A DNA stretch of 64,000 nucleotides from Acidimicrobiia bacterium (GCA_003229305.1 QIDH01000049.1:7026-71025); one strand, 5' to 3'. Positions 49,469 to 59,402 are shown, counted from the stretch's first letter. A program made the numbers and translations. Notes: generated by a model not told the origin, from the sequence alone.

Positions 49469-50998
49469 ATGTCAAAAAGCTACGAGCGCCTCTCGTCGCT
49501 CGATGCGTCGTTTCTGGCGCTCGAAACGCACACCACTCACATGCATGTCGCAGGAGTCTCGATCTTCGATGCCAAGAATCTTCAGCAAGGCGACGGCGGG
49601 CTGGACATAGATCGGATTCGTGCCTTCATCAGTTCGCGCTTTCAGTATCTTCCGAGGTACCGACAGCGGATCGCCTGGGTTCCGGTCGAACGGGCCCCTA
49701 TCTGGGTCGACGACGAACACTTCAACATCGATTTCCATGTCCGCCACGCGAGCTTGCCCAAACCGGGGACAGACGAGCAGCTCAAGAAGATGGCCGGGCG
49801 AATCTTGTCGCAGCAGCTCGATCGGGCCAAACCTCTGTGGGAGATGTGGATAATCGAAGGGCTCGAGAGTGATCGAATGGCAATGGTCACGAAAATTCAT
49901 CACTGCATGGTCGACGGCGTCGCCAGCACCGGGATAATGGGCGCCTTACTCAACGTGATCCCGACTTCTGAAGTCGAGGAATCACCCGAATGGACCCCAA
50001 CCGCAGCACCCAACGGGGTGGAGATCGTCGCAGGAGAGCTGAACCGTAGGTTCAAGCAGAACGCGTCGCGCATCGCAGACGCACGCACCGCCCTCAGCGA
50101 TAGCCAGGCCTATGCGTTCAACGTGGCCCGCAAGGCGCGGGCGAGCTGGTATTCGTTGACCAGTGGCTGGTTGTCGACTGCCCCGATCACTCCACTCAAC
50201 GGGCGGATCGGTCCGAACCGCCGCTACGACTGGGTCGAGATCGGTCTCGATCGCATCAAGTCGGTTCGCAAGGACGCAGGCGGAACGGTCAACGACGTCG
50301 TCCTGGCGACCATGGCAGGGGCAGTCCGAGCCCTGTTCTTGGACCATCCAGACGTCGAGGACCTCGACATGGATTTCCGGGTACTTGCCCCGGTCAGTGT
50401 CAGGACCGGCAAGGCCTCGGACCTTGGCAACCAGGTGGCCATGTGGCTGGTGCCTCTTCCTCTCGCCAACCCTGACCCCCTTTCGCGCCTCTCCTCGATC
50501 AAGATCGAGACCGAGCACCTCAAGAACACCGAACAGGCATTGGGGGCATCGACCCTCGTGAGCGCCTCCAGCGGGGCGCCTCACCAGCTGGTGTCTCTTG
50601 GAGCCCGCCTCGCCACAGGGGTGCGTCCGTTCAACATGACGGTCACCAACGTGCCTGGTCCACAGTTTGCGATGTACCTGCTCGATTCTGAGCTCCTCCA
50701 CCAATACCCGGTGGTACCGCTGTGGCACGGGCACGGGGTAGGGGTCGCACTCTTTTCCTACAACGGCCAGGTCGCGTGGGGAATCAACGCCGACTGGGAC
50801 ATCCTTCCAGATACCAAGGCGTTCGGTCAAGCGATCCTCGACGCTTTCCAGGAACTGTCAGATGCTGCCTCAGCCAAAGCTGCGAAGAAGGAGGCTGCCA
50901 AGCAAAAGCCGGCCACCAAGAAGCGGGCGCCCAAGAAGCCCGTCGCCAAGAAATCGCCTGGGAAGAAGAAGGCAGCGGCCGGGACCAAGGGCCTCTGA
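49469..50998 (+). CDS. Wax ester synthase/diacylglycerol acyltransferase (WS/DGAT) with Lys/Ala/Pro-rich C-terminal tail
   Basis: Active-site HHCMVDGVAS (HHxxxDG). N-terminus LSSLDASFLALE. The last roughly 45 aa are AKAAKKEAAKQKPATKKRAPKKPVAKKSPGKKKAAAGTKGL. Confidence 0.9.
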   Translation: MSKSYERLSSLDASFLALETHTTHMHVAGVSIFDAKNLQQGDGGLDIDRIRAFISSRFQYLPRYRQRIAWVPVERAPIWVDDEHFNIDFHVRHASLPKPGTDEQLKKMAGRILSQQLDRAKPLWEMWIIEGLESDRMAMVTKIHHCMVDGVASTGIMGALLNVIPTSEVEESPEWTPTAAPNGVEIVAGELNRRFKQNASRIADARTALSDSQAYAFNVARKARASWYSLTSGWLSTAPITPLNGRIGPNRRYDWVEIGLDRIKSVRKDAGGTVNDVVLATMAGAVRALFLDHPDVEDLDMDFRVLAPVSVRTGKASDLGNQVAMWLVPLPLANPDPLSRLSSIKIETEHLKNTEQALGASTLVSASSGAPHQLVSLGARLATGVRPFNMTVTNVPGPQFAMYLLDSELLHQYPVVPLWHGHGVGVALFSYNGQVAWGINADWDILPDTKAFGQAILDAFQELSDAASAKAAKKEAAKQKPATKKRAPKKPVAKKSPGKKKAAAGTKGL

Positions 50999-51067
50999 TC
51001 CAGACTCCGTATCGCCGACTGCCGGAGTCCTTGCAAAGAAAGGCCGATATCTGGAAGTCAGCAGCGC

Positions 51068-51457
51068 TCAACCCCGCAGAGCCGTGAGACATTCGATCGC
51101 CTCTGCAACTCGATCGGCTTGAACCAAAATATGGTCGTGATAGAAGCCCGCGAGGACGTTGCATGAGATACCACTGCGAGCCAGCGCCGTAGCAACCGCG
51201 GCAGTGAGCCCGACGGCTTCCAGCGAACTGTGCACATCCAGGGTCAACCAGGCCGCTTCAAACCCGACTGCCCAGCCGTGTCGCTTGGCAGCCTCAACCG
51301 TCGCGATAACCGTAAGCCCCTCGTCTTCGACGAGCAATGCCTCCACGCCATCGCCGAGTTCGAGCGGCCGTGAGACCGAGACTACGGTGAATGTCCCTTG
51401 CCTGACCGTGACCGACAGGTTGGCGAGCATCTTGGCGAGATCGGTTTGGCCAGACAT
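51068..51457 (-). CDS. ACT-domain protein
   Basis: 129 aa. LTLDVHSSLEAVGLTAAVATALARSGISCNVLAGFYHDHILV resembles a small stand-alone ACT domain. Confidence 0.6.
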   Translation of the reverse strand: MSGQTDLAKMLANLSVTVRQGTFTVVSVSRPLELGDGVEALLVEDEGLTVIATVEAAKRHGWAVGFEAAWLTLDVHSSLEAVGLTAAVATALARSGISCNVLAGFYHDHILVQADRVAEAIECLTALRG

Positions 51458-51519
51458 GCTCGAATCGTAGGGTGATTCTGGTTGGCCTCACGCATGGACC
51501 GATCGCCGCAGACACCTCC

Positions 51520-52251
51520 CTACATGATCTCCGGCAGGAACTCTCGCAATCTACGGAAAACAGTCGAACGAGGTACCGCCTCCTTCGCCCCGAGCGTCCT
51601 CGCTCTCACCATCGAGAAATCGTCTACATGGGGACCAAAGGCGATGACGCTGGCTCCTGCCTCGGCCAACAACACGATCGCCTCATCGGCGCGAGAAGCT
51701 TGCAGGTCGACGAAACAGACAGGTGGGGGATCAGCGATATCCGCGACGGCTCTCCAGTTGACTACCTCCCAATTGGGCAGAGTCGTCTCGAACTTCGATC
51801 GGTCCATCAGATTCGAAGAGAAGACGCCGAACACCGGCCTTGGCACGGCCTGCATAGCGGCGGCCTTGGCTGCTCCCCACTCCAGGTGGGCCCTCCACGC
51901 CTTTTCTCCAAGCTGATGGCTGGAGGCAGGGGCCAATCCATAGACATCACCAGGAAGGGCAGCGGCGGTCACCGAGTCTCTGGCAATCCGGCGAACGCCT
52001 AGGTCTGCCAATGCCTCCGTAGGAAAGCGCATCGCCTCCTGCAACAACTCGAGCGGGCTCCTCCGCTGCTCGGCGAAGGGCGCCCGCATCAGTTGCTCGA
52101 GCTCTGAGCGCAACCACTCCTCGCCCTGCATCAGAGATTCATCAACCGCTCCGGCCTTGACCCCGAGTTCCGCCAGCCGAGTCGCGACCCGCGGGCGGAT
52201 CGCAGCGACAAACTCATCGATGATCGCCTGATGCTCACTGGGATCACTCAT
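51520..52251 (-). CDS. Hypothetical protein
   Basis: 243-aa ORF. Its start overlaps the stop of the upstream CvpA-CAP gene by 4 nt. No family recognised. Confidence 0.55.
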   Translation of the reverse strand: MSDPSEHQAIIDEFVAAIRPRVATRLAELGVKAGAVDESLMQGEEWLRSELEQLMRAPFAEQRRSPLELLQEAMRFPTEALADLGVRRIARDSVTAAALPGDVYGLAPASSHQLGEKAWRAHLEWGAAKAAAMQAVPRPVFGVFSSNLMDRSKFETTLPNWEVVNWRAVADIADPPPVCFVDLQASRADEAIVLLAEAGASVIAFGPHVDDFSMVRARTLGAKEAVPRSTVFRRLREFLPEIM

Positions 52252-53204
52252 CCCGTGAACACTTGAACGACCATGAGCCCGAGCGGGCCGGAGACAGCCC
52301 CAATCCCGACCCGGCGGTAGCGGGTGTCCAACAAGTTCGTACGGTGTCCAGGGCTGGCCATGAGACCTTCATGCACAGACGCCGCAGTCGGCGCCAGGGC
52401 CAGATTCTCCCCGACAATCACAAACGGGATCCTCGCAGCGCCGACCCGATCCAATACGGTGCCGGTGATCGGCGACACATGCGAGAAGTAGCCATCCACG
52501 TACATCTCCCTTGCGTGGCTCTCTGCCAGAGTCGCCAACGTCGCGGAAAAGGCAAGAGGTTCCGTCCCTGCCTCAACCCTGGCCCGGTTCAGCAATCCGA
52601 ACACCTCACGAGCTTCCGCGGGCGCAGAGTCAACGTCCGCAGAAGCAGTGATGGCCACAACCTCGTCTCCCTGGATGATGACCTGGCGATCACCCACAAG
52701 CTGATCGAGGTTGACCAGGGCCTCCAGCACCCGATCCCCCGCCATCGTGTTGACAACGCTGCCAGCCGCGGACCCCTCACCCGCCAACCACCCGGCGATG
52801 GTCGAGTCGTCCATCGCCTGATCGGCTCCTTCATTGAGCGGAAGCGCAGTCAGGATGTAGAACGTGAGGGTCAGCGTTCCAACCAGCCACAACAACGAGA
52901 CGGCCGCCCCACCAAGCTGGTCGCCGCGCTCCACCGCTGCCCTTGGAGTCGTGACCCTCCCGACCAACCAGACCGCCGCGCTCATCAAACCGACCGAGAG
53001 GATCGACACCGCCACGAAGCGGGCGGCCAAGGAAGACACCCCTGCCCAGGACTCGATGATGGCCCCAAAACTAGGCCCAAGCCGGAACGAAACAACCGCA
53101 ACCATGACGAGCATGACCAGGGAGATGAGCTCGCGCACCACCCCACGCTGCCATCCTCTGAACACGGTCAAAGCGGCGAGGACCCCTATTGCGAAGTCGA
53201 TCAC
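52248..53204 (-). CDS. CvpA-family membrane domain fused to an extracytoplasmic CAP (SCP/PR-1, YkwD-like) domain
   Basis: GTG 53204 gives (M)IDFAIGVLAALTVFRGWQRGVVRE, a typical CvpA N-terminus. C-terminal HAREMYVDGYFSHVSP...GENLA...MASPGHRTNLLDTRYRRVGIG is a CAP domain. Confidence 0.75.
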   Translation of the reverse strand: MIDFAIGVLAALTVFRGWQRGVVRELISLVMLVMVAVVSFRLGPSFGAIIESWAGVSSLAARFVAVSILSVGLMSAAVWLVGRVTTPRAAVERGDQLGGAAVSLLWLVGTLTLTFYILTALPLNEGADQAMDDSTIAGWLAGEGSAAGSVVNTMAGDRVLEALVNLDQLVGDRQVIIQGDEVVAITASADVDSAPAEAREVFGLLNRARVEAGTEPLAFSATLATLAESHAREMYVDGYFSHVSPITGTVLDRVGAARIPFVIVGENLALAPTAASVHEGLMASPGHRTNLLDTRYRRVGIGAVSGPLGLMVVQVFTG

Positions 53205-53217
53205 GCCTGTGTTGAGA

Positions 53218-54462
53218 TCAAGACTCGTCGTCCGGCGATGACCTATCACCCTCCGTCGTCTTGGTCCCCCTGGCCGATTCGTCAACGGCCAACTCGTCGC
53301 CCGCCGTGGTCCGGCGGAGTCGCTCACCGATGCGCTCCGGCTCATGCTCCACGATCATCGCCTCTGCTGCTTCGTCCCACGACTCGTCCAACACCCTTGT
53401 TCTCCAAATGTGGCCGGCGATGATCTTGATGACTGCCAAGGCCGGCACCGCGACGAGCACACCAAAAAGCCCGGCAAGGGAGCCTCCCGTCAGCAAAGCC
53501 AAGATGATCACCACAGGGTGCAACTTCACAGTAACCCTGAGCACCATCGGACTAATCAGGTGGTTGTCCAGCTGCTGAATGGCGAGGAAGATCACTATTA
53601 CCCAGACCGCCTTCGATCCGTCCCCGGAAATCAGCGCAGATGCGAGCCCCAAGGCTCCACCGACCCACGGCCCGATGAACGGGATGATATTGAGGAAACC
53701 AGCGGTCATCCCGACAACCAGCCAGAACGGCAGATCGAGGATGTACAGGCTCACGCTGGAGAGCACACCGACGATGAACGCCACCAGCAGCTGTCCCCTC
53801 ACGAACCCGCCGACCGCCCTGGCAACCTGGCGACCGACATGAGCGACCTCGTCTGCCAACGCAGGAGGCACCATACGCTGAGCGGACTCCTTCAGCGCTG
53901 GCGCATCCATCAGAATGTAGAAGGCCAGAACCGGAGCCAGCAAGACAATCAGCAGCAGCTCTGCCACGCCGAGAGCGATTTCGCCGGCCCGGCCAAGTGT
54001 CCCAAGGATGACCTCCTGATTGGCCGGGTCTGCGAACCAATCGCGGATGGTCTCGGTCGTCTCGTCAAGTCTCGGACGGACATCAACGCCAAGCCCGATG
54101 TTGTCTGCCAATCGACTCAGCCAATCCGCAGCCGATTCGATGACCTCGGGAAACCGCTCCACCAGCTCGCGACCCTGGTCGGCGATCTCAGGCAAAACCA
54201 GAAACCCGAACAAGACCAGCAACCCACCAAAGGCAACGTAGGAAAGGCAACCGCCAACGAGCCTCGGCAGACCCCGAGTGGCCAGCCAGTCGACGAACGG
54301 TTTGAACACGTACACGAGAATGACTGCGAGGATCAGGGGCGGCCAGATGATCTGGACCTTTATGATCAGCCACACGAACATCGCGATGAGAATCGCGGTA
54401 CCGACCAGGCTCCAGGCGCCGACTCCCAGACGCCTGATCCGCTCGTATGTGGGTTCAGACAT
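53218..54462 (-). CDS. AI-2E family transporter (PerM-like)
   Basis: Polytopic protein. LNIIPFIGPWVGGALGL and HPVVIILALLTGGSLAGLFGVLVAVP are typical of the family. Trimmed to ATG 54462. Confidence 0.8.
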   Translation of the reverse strand: MSEPTYERIRRLGVGAWSLVGTAILIAMFVWLIIKVQIIWPPLILAVILVYVFKPFVDWLATRGLPRLVGGCLSYVAFGGLLVLFGFLVLPEIADQGRELVERFPEVIESAADWLSRLADNIGLGVDVRPRLDETTETIRDWFADPANQEVILGTLGRAGEIALGVAELLLIVLLAPVLAFYILMDAPALKESAQRMVPPALADEVAHVGRQVARAVGGFVRGQLLVAFIVGVLSSVSLYILDLPFWLVVGMTAGFLNIIPFIGPWVGGALGLASALISGDGSKAVWVIVIFLAIQQLDNHLISPMVLRVTVKLHPVVIILALLTGGSLAGLFGVLVAVPALAVIKIIAGHIWRTRVLDESWDEAAEAMIVEHEPERIGERLRRTTAGDELAVDESARGTKTTEGDRSSPDDES

Positions 54463-54596
54463 TCGTGACTCCGAGGACGTCTGGTCGGCGAGCCAGTGTA
54501 CCCAGGGCGACAATGGAAGGCACCAAGCTCGCTCGCACTTTCAAGCGGGCACGCCCACCGTCGGATTTGGCCTGCTTGGCAAGTCGCGAAGGAGCG

Positions 54597-55472
54597 TCAT
54601 GGGTTCACGATCTCGATCGCGCCCGTACCAGACGCCGTAATGCGAATGAGCGGCCCGCCGGCCTCGAATCTCGCCCCCGATTCTGTACGTTCCCAATTCG
54701 ACGGAATCGACGCCGCGCCCTCCAGTTCAATCGCAGTGTCAGCGGGGACTACGACTCGCAGGTCTCCTGCCAGCCGCACTTCGGAATCATCGGCTGGTGT
54801 GCCCAACCAGATCGTGCCTGTCCCTTCGACAGCGAGATCGATGACCACCAGCCCTCGTAAATCGACATCGACCTCTTCGGCGACGATGTCGAGCCGCCAG
54901 GCGGGCGAACGTGACAGATCCAGTCGCCAGCCTGCGGAGGCGAACCATCCGGCTTCGGCCCGCTCGCGGAGCTCGACCGTCGCCAATCCATCCGCCACAC
55001 GTTCGAGGGCTTCGGCCGGGGCGACGTCTCCACCCCTCCGCAGCAACCGGATTTCATACAGGCTGTCAGCGTCGTTACCCACTTCCACCAGCCCGCCGAC
55101 CAGCAGAGACATCTCCGAAGATGGAACGTCCGTTGAAGGGCCGGAGAAATCTGCGCTCGCGGATGGCAACACCTCCCAAGCCTGCAGGTGGAGGCTGACC
55201 GCGACCGCGACCCATGAGAAGAGCAATAGCGGCAGTACGGCTCCTATTCGAACAACGCCCTTTCGTCTCAGTGGCCAGAGTGCCATCGAAATCAGCAAGG
55301 CGAGAACCCAGGCGGGCCAGAAAGAGACCACGTCGAGAATTGCCGCCCTCATCAGTACCCCGAGTAGCACAGCTATGACCAACGTCATGGTGACGATGGC
55401 AAACAGAATCCAGCCAAGCCTCGGCCAGAACCCTGACCGGTGCTCGTCGTTTGGTTTTCCTTCGTTACTCAC
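54597..55472 (-). CDS. Membrane protein with C-terminal beta-strand repeat domain (LiaF/DUF4097-like)
   Basis: 4 N-terminal TM helices. The C-terminus has repetitive short beta-strands (LDIVAEEVDVDLRGLVVIDLAVEGTGTIWLG...LRVVVPADTAIELEG). Weak family call. Confidence 0.5.
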   Translation of the reverse strand: MSNEGKPNDEHRSGFWPRLGWILFAIVTMTLVIAVLLGVLMRAAILDVVSFWPAWVLALLISMALWPLRRKGVVRIGAVLPLLLFSWVAVAVSLHLQAWEVLPSASADFSGPSTDVPSSEMSLLVGGLVEVGNDADSLYEIRLLRRGGDVAPAEALERVADGLATVELRERAEAGWFASAGWRLDLSRSPAWRLDIVAEEVDVDLRGLVVIDLAVEGTGTIWLGTPADDSEVRLAGDLRVVVPADTAIELEGAASIPSNWERTESGARFEAGGPLIRITASGTGAIEIVNP

Positions 55473-56092
55473 TCCGTGAATGATGCCCCAAGTACGACCG
55501 TCACGGGCGAACTAGGGCTTTCGATCTGAGTCAGTTCGACCAATGCGTCCGGCACGACCAATGCGACCGCTTCAGCCTCGAGGCGGAATCCTTCTACGTA
55601 CCAAACTCTCGACTGGTCGAGCGGTGTCTGGTAATTGGTCGGCTCTGGAGTCTGGTATCCGAGGGCATCCAGCGATTGGACCAGGCGAGCCGCGAGGCCT
55701 GACCGGCTGGTCGAGTTCAATACGAGAACCGAAACCTCCGAGGGATCCAACGCGACGGGAGGCTCCGCCACCGCGGATGTGGCTGTGGTCGAAGGCGTCG
55801 TCGCGGACGTCGTCTCAGTCGTCGTCGTAGCAGTCGACGTCGTGGTTGAAGTCTGAACGGTCGGCTGAGGGGCGGACGTCTGGGGAGCCACCGTAGGCGT
55901 CGCAGTGGTGGCGGCACCACTCGTGGAAGACACGTTCGTCGCCTCGAGGTCACCCCCTGAGCCCATCAAATTGGTGAGCACTCGTGATCCCCCAATCAGG
56001 ACGACGGCAAGAATCGCCAACAAAACGGCAAACCTGAAGAGGTCGCTTCCGACACTACTCCTGGCCGGATCGGTGTGACGACCAGGCATCAT
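55469..56092 (-). CDS. LytR_C-domain membrane-anchored protein with Thr/Ser-rich linker
   Basis: TM helix FRFAVLLAILAVVLIGG, a T/S/A-rich linker, then VSVLVLNSTSRSGLAARLVQSLDALGY (LytR C-terminal domain). Confidence 0.7.
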   Translation of the reverse strand: MMPGRHTDPARSSVGSDLFRFAVLLAILAVVLIGGSRVLTNLMGSGGDLEATNVSSTSGAATTATPTVAPQTSAPQPTVQTSTTTSTATTTTETTSATTPSTTATSAVAEPPVALDPSEVSVLVLNSTSRSGLAARLVQSLDALGYQTPEPTNYQTPLDQSRVWYVEGFRLEAEAVALVVPDALVELTQIESPSSPVTVVLGASFTE

Positions 56093-56328
56093 CCGTCCGA
56101 TTGCTCGCGGCGCGTGAGTTCGGCGGCGGCCCTAACGCGCCGAGAACGCAGGACCGTCATCGGGTCGTAGGAAAGAGCCGTTGGTTTGTCGATGGCTGTT
56201 CTGAGCACTTGGTAGTAGAGGGTCGCGCTGAACCCGAGTTGGTCGCGGATGTCCCTGTCCTTAGGTCCAGGGAACTGCCACCACGACCGCTCGAAGTCGA
56301 GCACCAGACGCTCACGAGGTGTCAACAT
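56089..56328 (-). CDS. DUF3263-family small protein
   Basis: ATG 56328 gives MLTPRERLVLDFERSWWQFPGPKDRDIRDQLGFSATLYYQVL, the family signature. Confidence 0.7.
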   Translation of the reverse strand: MLTPRERLVLDFERSWWQFPGPKDRDIRDQLGFSATLYYQVLRTAIDKPTALSYDPMTVLRSRRVRAAAELTRREQSDG

Positions 56329-56546
56329 GGTGTGAAACAGGGTAAGGCGAGTGTCCGCAGGCAAGGTGGATTTACACCCAGAAATCTCCTCAGCCGGCAC
56401 CATCGTGTTCCTCTTCGCTTTTGCTCACGCTGTGCCACTGACCGCGGCGCCATCCCCTTCAGGAGCGGGCTGGACGATTCAACTTTGCGCCACAACCCGC
56501 CACCGATCGACATGACCCGGTTGGCGCCGGGGCGACGGCAGGTTAT

Positions 56547-56622
56547 TGGAGCTGGCGGAGGGAATCGAACCCTCGACCTGCCGCTTACAAGGCGGCTGCT
56601 CTTCCGACTGAGCTACGCCAGC
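56547..56622 (-). tRNA. tRNA-Thr (anticodon UGU), CCA encoded
   Basis: The reverse complement folds as GCTGGCG acceptor, GCTC-AGTCGGAA-GAGC, GCCGC-CTTGTAA-GCGGC, GAGGG-TTCGATT-CCCTC, CGCCAGC-T-CCA. Confidence 0.93.
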
Positions 56623-56753
56623 ATCGGCGCAAGACTAATGGACCCGAGGACGGCGGATCCTTCACCGGGCCGCGCCCCCCATACCAAGCCAGGTCCTCCA
56701 CCAGGGCGTTACTCCACCTCTCCGAGGTAGGCGGTACGCCAATATTTACCAGT

Positions 56754-57494
56754 TCATATGTGTGGAGCGGTGGCCCTCACACGCTGAACCTCGAAAGAGA
56801 CCAGCGCAGCGGCGACGGAAGCATTCAGCGATTCCATTCGACCGGACATCGGAATGGTGGCAGTCATGTCAACCCGATCTCGAACCAATCGGCCAAGCCC
56901 AGCGCCCTCGGCGCCGATGACAATTGCCACAGGTTCAGATAGAAGTTGTAGGCCAAAGATGGTCTGTTCGGAACCTGCGTCCAGTCCGATCGTCCACACG
57001 TTCTTGCGTTTCAGGCGGTCGATCGCGTCTGCCAGTGACGACACGACGGAGATGGGTATGTGTTCGAGAGCGCCTGCGGCGGCCTTGAATGCAACCGCCC
57101 CAAGGGGCGCGCCCCGTCGTTCAGGGACGATCAATCCGGACATTCCGGCGGCCAACGCGGAACGAGCAGCCGCTCCCACGTTGTGCGGGTCCTCGAGATG
57201 ATCGAGGATCAACAGTGAAGCGGAGCGGCCGACAAGATCCTCGACGGCCAAAGGCTCGATCGGGGAGGCATTGGCGACAAGACCCTGGGGAGCTTGCGTC
57301 CTCGCCATCGCCTTCACGGACCGAACCATCTCGATCTTGATCCCACGGCCGACCGCCATGTCCAACAAAGCCCCGAAATCCTTGCGCTTGGCTCGACCCT
57401 TTTCGACGAAGAGTTCGTACACCCTGCCCGCATCGATCGCCGCAGCGACGGCATGGAACCCCTCGACCCTATCGCCGATGCCAGCGGGTGCCAT
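56754..57494 (-). CDS. rlmB: TrmH-family 23S rRNA 2'-O-methyltransferase (RlmB-like)
   Basis: VEGFHAVAAAI, DHLEDPHNVGAAARSA and IPMSGRMESLNASVAAA (SpoU motifs). Trimmed to ATG 57494. Downstream of cysS as in actinobacterial synteny. Confidence 0.85.
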   Translation of the reverse strand: MAPAGIGDRVEGFHAVAAAIDAGRVYELFVEKGRAKRKDFGALLDMAVGRGIKIEMVRSVKAMARTQAPQGLVANASPIEPLAVEDLVGRSASLLILDHLEDPHNVGAAARSALAAGMSGLIVPERRGAPLGAVAFKAAAGALEHIPISVVSSLADAIDRLKRKNVWTIGLDAGSEQTIFGLQLLSEPVAIVIGAEGAGLGRLVRDRVDMTATIPMSGRMESLNASVAAALVSFEVQRVRATAPHI

Positions 57495-58881
57495 CAGCCG
57501 AATCCTCGATTGCAATTCCCAATCCTGCCAACCCGTCACGAACCACGTCGGCCGCCGCCCAATCTCGCTCGGCTCTGGCCACCTCCCGCGCCTCGAGCAT
57601 CGCCCGAACCGTGGCGTCTTCGCCTGAACCGTTCACGCCCAACCTTGCCGCCAGGTCCTCTAGTTCTTCAGCGATGTCTGCCAAGCCTCCCTCCGTGAGG
57701 TCAAGACCCAGCGCTCCGACGATCGTGTCGAAAGAGGCAGCCAGGTCCAACACGTCCTCATCCCGATCGAGCGCCGTGTTGCCCTGTCTGACGATGTCGA
57801 ACAGGACGGCGAGCGCTTCAGGGGTACCGAAATCATCGTCCATCGCCGCCCTGAATTTGTTGACGGCGTCAGTGGCCGATACCGCGTCTTGGCCGGATTC
57901 TGAGGCGCCTGATCGCCGATTGAACGCCTTGAGCCGGTCCAAACCCGCGACCGCATCATCGAGAAGTTCCTCGGAAAACTCGAGCGGAGAGCGATAGTGA
58001 GCTCGTAGGTAGAACAGGCGGACTGCGGGGCCACCGTATTGCGCGATCGCTCCGGCCAGGTCGATGATGTGTCCCGTCGACTTGGCCATCTTCTCCCCAC
58101 CAAGGTTGACCATTCCGTTGTGGAGCCAATATTTGGCGAAGGTCTTCCCGGTTGCACCTTCAGATTGAGCCAGCTCATTCTCGTGGTGGGGAAATATCAG
58201 ATCGCTGCCCCCGCCATGAATATCGAACGAATTGCCCAGGTATTTCATGGACATGGCAGAGCACTCGATATGCCATCCTGGGCGGCCTTCACCCCATGGA
58301 GACTCCCAAGAAGGTTCGCCTGGTTTGGCCGCTTTCCAAAGAGCGAAGTCAAGCGGATCCTCTTTGTGTTCCGTGGGGTCGACCCGCGCCCCAGCCACGA
58401 GATCGTCCAAGACATGTCCGGACAGCTTCGCATAACCGTCCGACGCCCTGACCCTGAAATAGACGTCGCCCCCCGCTGGGTAGGCGAGACCTTTTCCGAT
58501 CAGGGCATCAATGAGCCCGATCATCTCATCGACGTGGTGAGTCGCCTTCGGTTCGATGTCTGGACGCAGAATATTGAGGGCGTCGTAGGCGGCCTGATAC
58601 TTTGCCTGCATCTCCTCGGCCAACGTCGCCATATCGACGCCTTGCGCGCCTGCCGCCGCAATGATCTTGTCTTCGACATCGGTGATGTTCTGCACATAGG
58701 TGACGTCGTAGCCCCGCCAGATGAGATACCGACGTATCGCGTCGAACGCAACCGCAAACCGACCATGTCCCAGATGGGGTTCGGACTGCACCGTCGGCCC
58801 GCACACATACATGCCGACCTTGCCATCCACCAGCGGTTCGAATCGTTGAGTCTGTCGCCCGAGAGTGTTGAAAACCTTCAT
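57469..58881 (-). CDS. cysS: Cysteine--tRNA ligase
   Basis: MYVCGPTVQSEPHLGHGR (HIGH motif) and KMAKSTG (KMSKS motif). 470 aa. Confidence 0.95.
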   Translation of the reverse strand: MKVFNTLGRQTQRFEPLVDGKVGMYVCGPTVQSEPHLGHGRFAVAFDAIRRYLIWRGYDVTYVQNITDVEDKIIAAAGAQGVDMATLAEEMQAKYQAAYDALNILRPDIEPKATHHVDEMIGLIDALIGKGLAYPAGGDVYFRVRASDGYAKLSGHVLDDLVAGARVDPTEHKEDPLDFALWKAAKPGEPSWESPWGEGRPGWHIECSAMSMKYLGNSFDIHGGGSDLIFPHHENELAQSEGATGKTFAKYWLHNGMVNLGGEKMAKSTGHIIDLAGAIAQYGGPAVRLFYLRAHYRSPLEFSEELLDDAVAGLDRLKAFNRRSGASESGQDAVSATDAVNKFRAAMDDDFGTPEALAVLFDIVRQGNTALDRDEDVLDLAASFDTIVGALGLDLTEGGLADIAEELEDLAARLGVNGSGEDATVRAMLEAREVARAERDWAAADVVRDGLAGLGIAIEDSADGTRWHRR

Positions 58882-58922
58882 AGACCATTCAGGTTAACGA
58901 CGAGCGGAGCCCATCCCGCCGG

Positions 58923-59402
58923 CTAATCCCCTCGGCTTTCGAGCGTTGCCACAGCCAGGGCGGCGATGCCCTCATCTCTGCCCAGAAAGCCCATCTCGTC
59001 TGTCGTGGTGGCCTTCACGGATACCTGGCCAAGGGCCACTCCAAGTACGATCGCCAGGGTCGCCCGAATGGCACCACGGTGGCCGGCGATCCGCACGCTC
59101 TGGGAGATCACCGTTGTGTCGACTGACACGATGTCGTAGCCAGCCTCCTGCACGAGTCCGACCGTATGTCTCAACAGGTCGAGACTGTCCGCTCCCTGCC
59201 ATTTCGGATCGCTTCCGGGGAAATGTTCTCCAAGGTCGCCGAGCGCCGCCGCCCCCAGTAGGGCATCAGCTAGTGCATGGCACAACACATCGGCGTCCGA
59301 AGTGCCAACGAGTCCCCTCTCGGCGTCCACCTCGACTCCGCCGAGCAAGACGGGAGGAGGACCGCCGAACTGGTGGGCGTCTATCCCCCAGCCAACTCTC
59401 AT
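58923..59402 (-). CDS. ispF: 2-C-methyl-D-erythritol 2,4-cyclodiphosphate synthase
   Basis: GIDAHQF...GTSDADVLCHALADALLGAAALGDLGEHFP is the IspF signature. Confidence 0.93.
   Translation of the reverse strand: MRVGWGIDAHQFGGPPPVLLGGVEVDAERGLVGTSDADVLCHALADALLGAAALGDLGEHFPGSDPKWQGADSLDLLRHTVGLVQEAGYDIVSVDTTVISQSVRIAGHRGAIRATLAIVLGVALGQVSVKATTTDEMGFLGRDEGIAALAVATLESRGD

Noticed and set aside
49266-51000. Genomic island or integrated element next to tRNA-Arg (and likewise next to tRNA-Thr at 56547..56622)
   Set aside because: I saw no integrase, recombinase or phage genes, no direct repeat of the tRNA 3' end, and no compositional break. The flanking genes are ordinary chromosomal genes.
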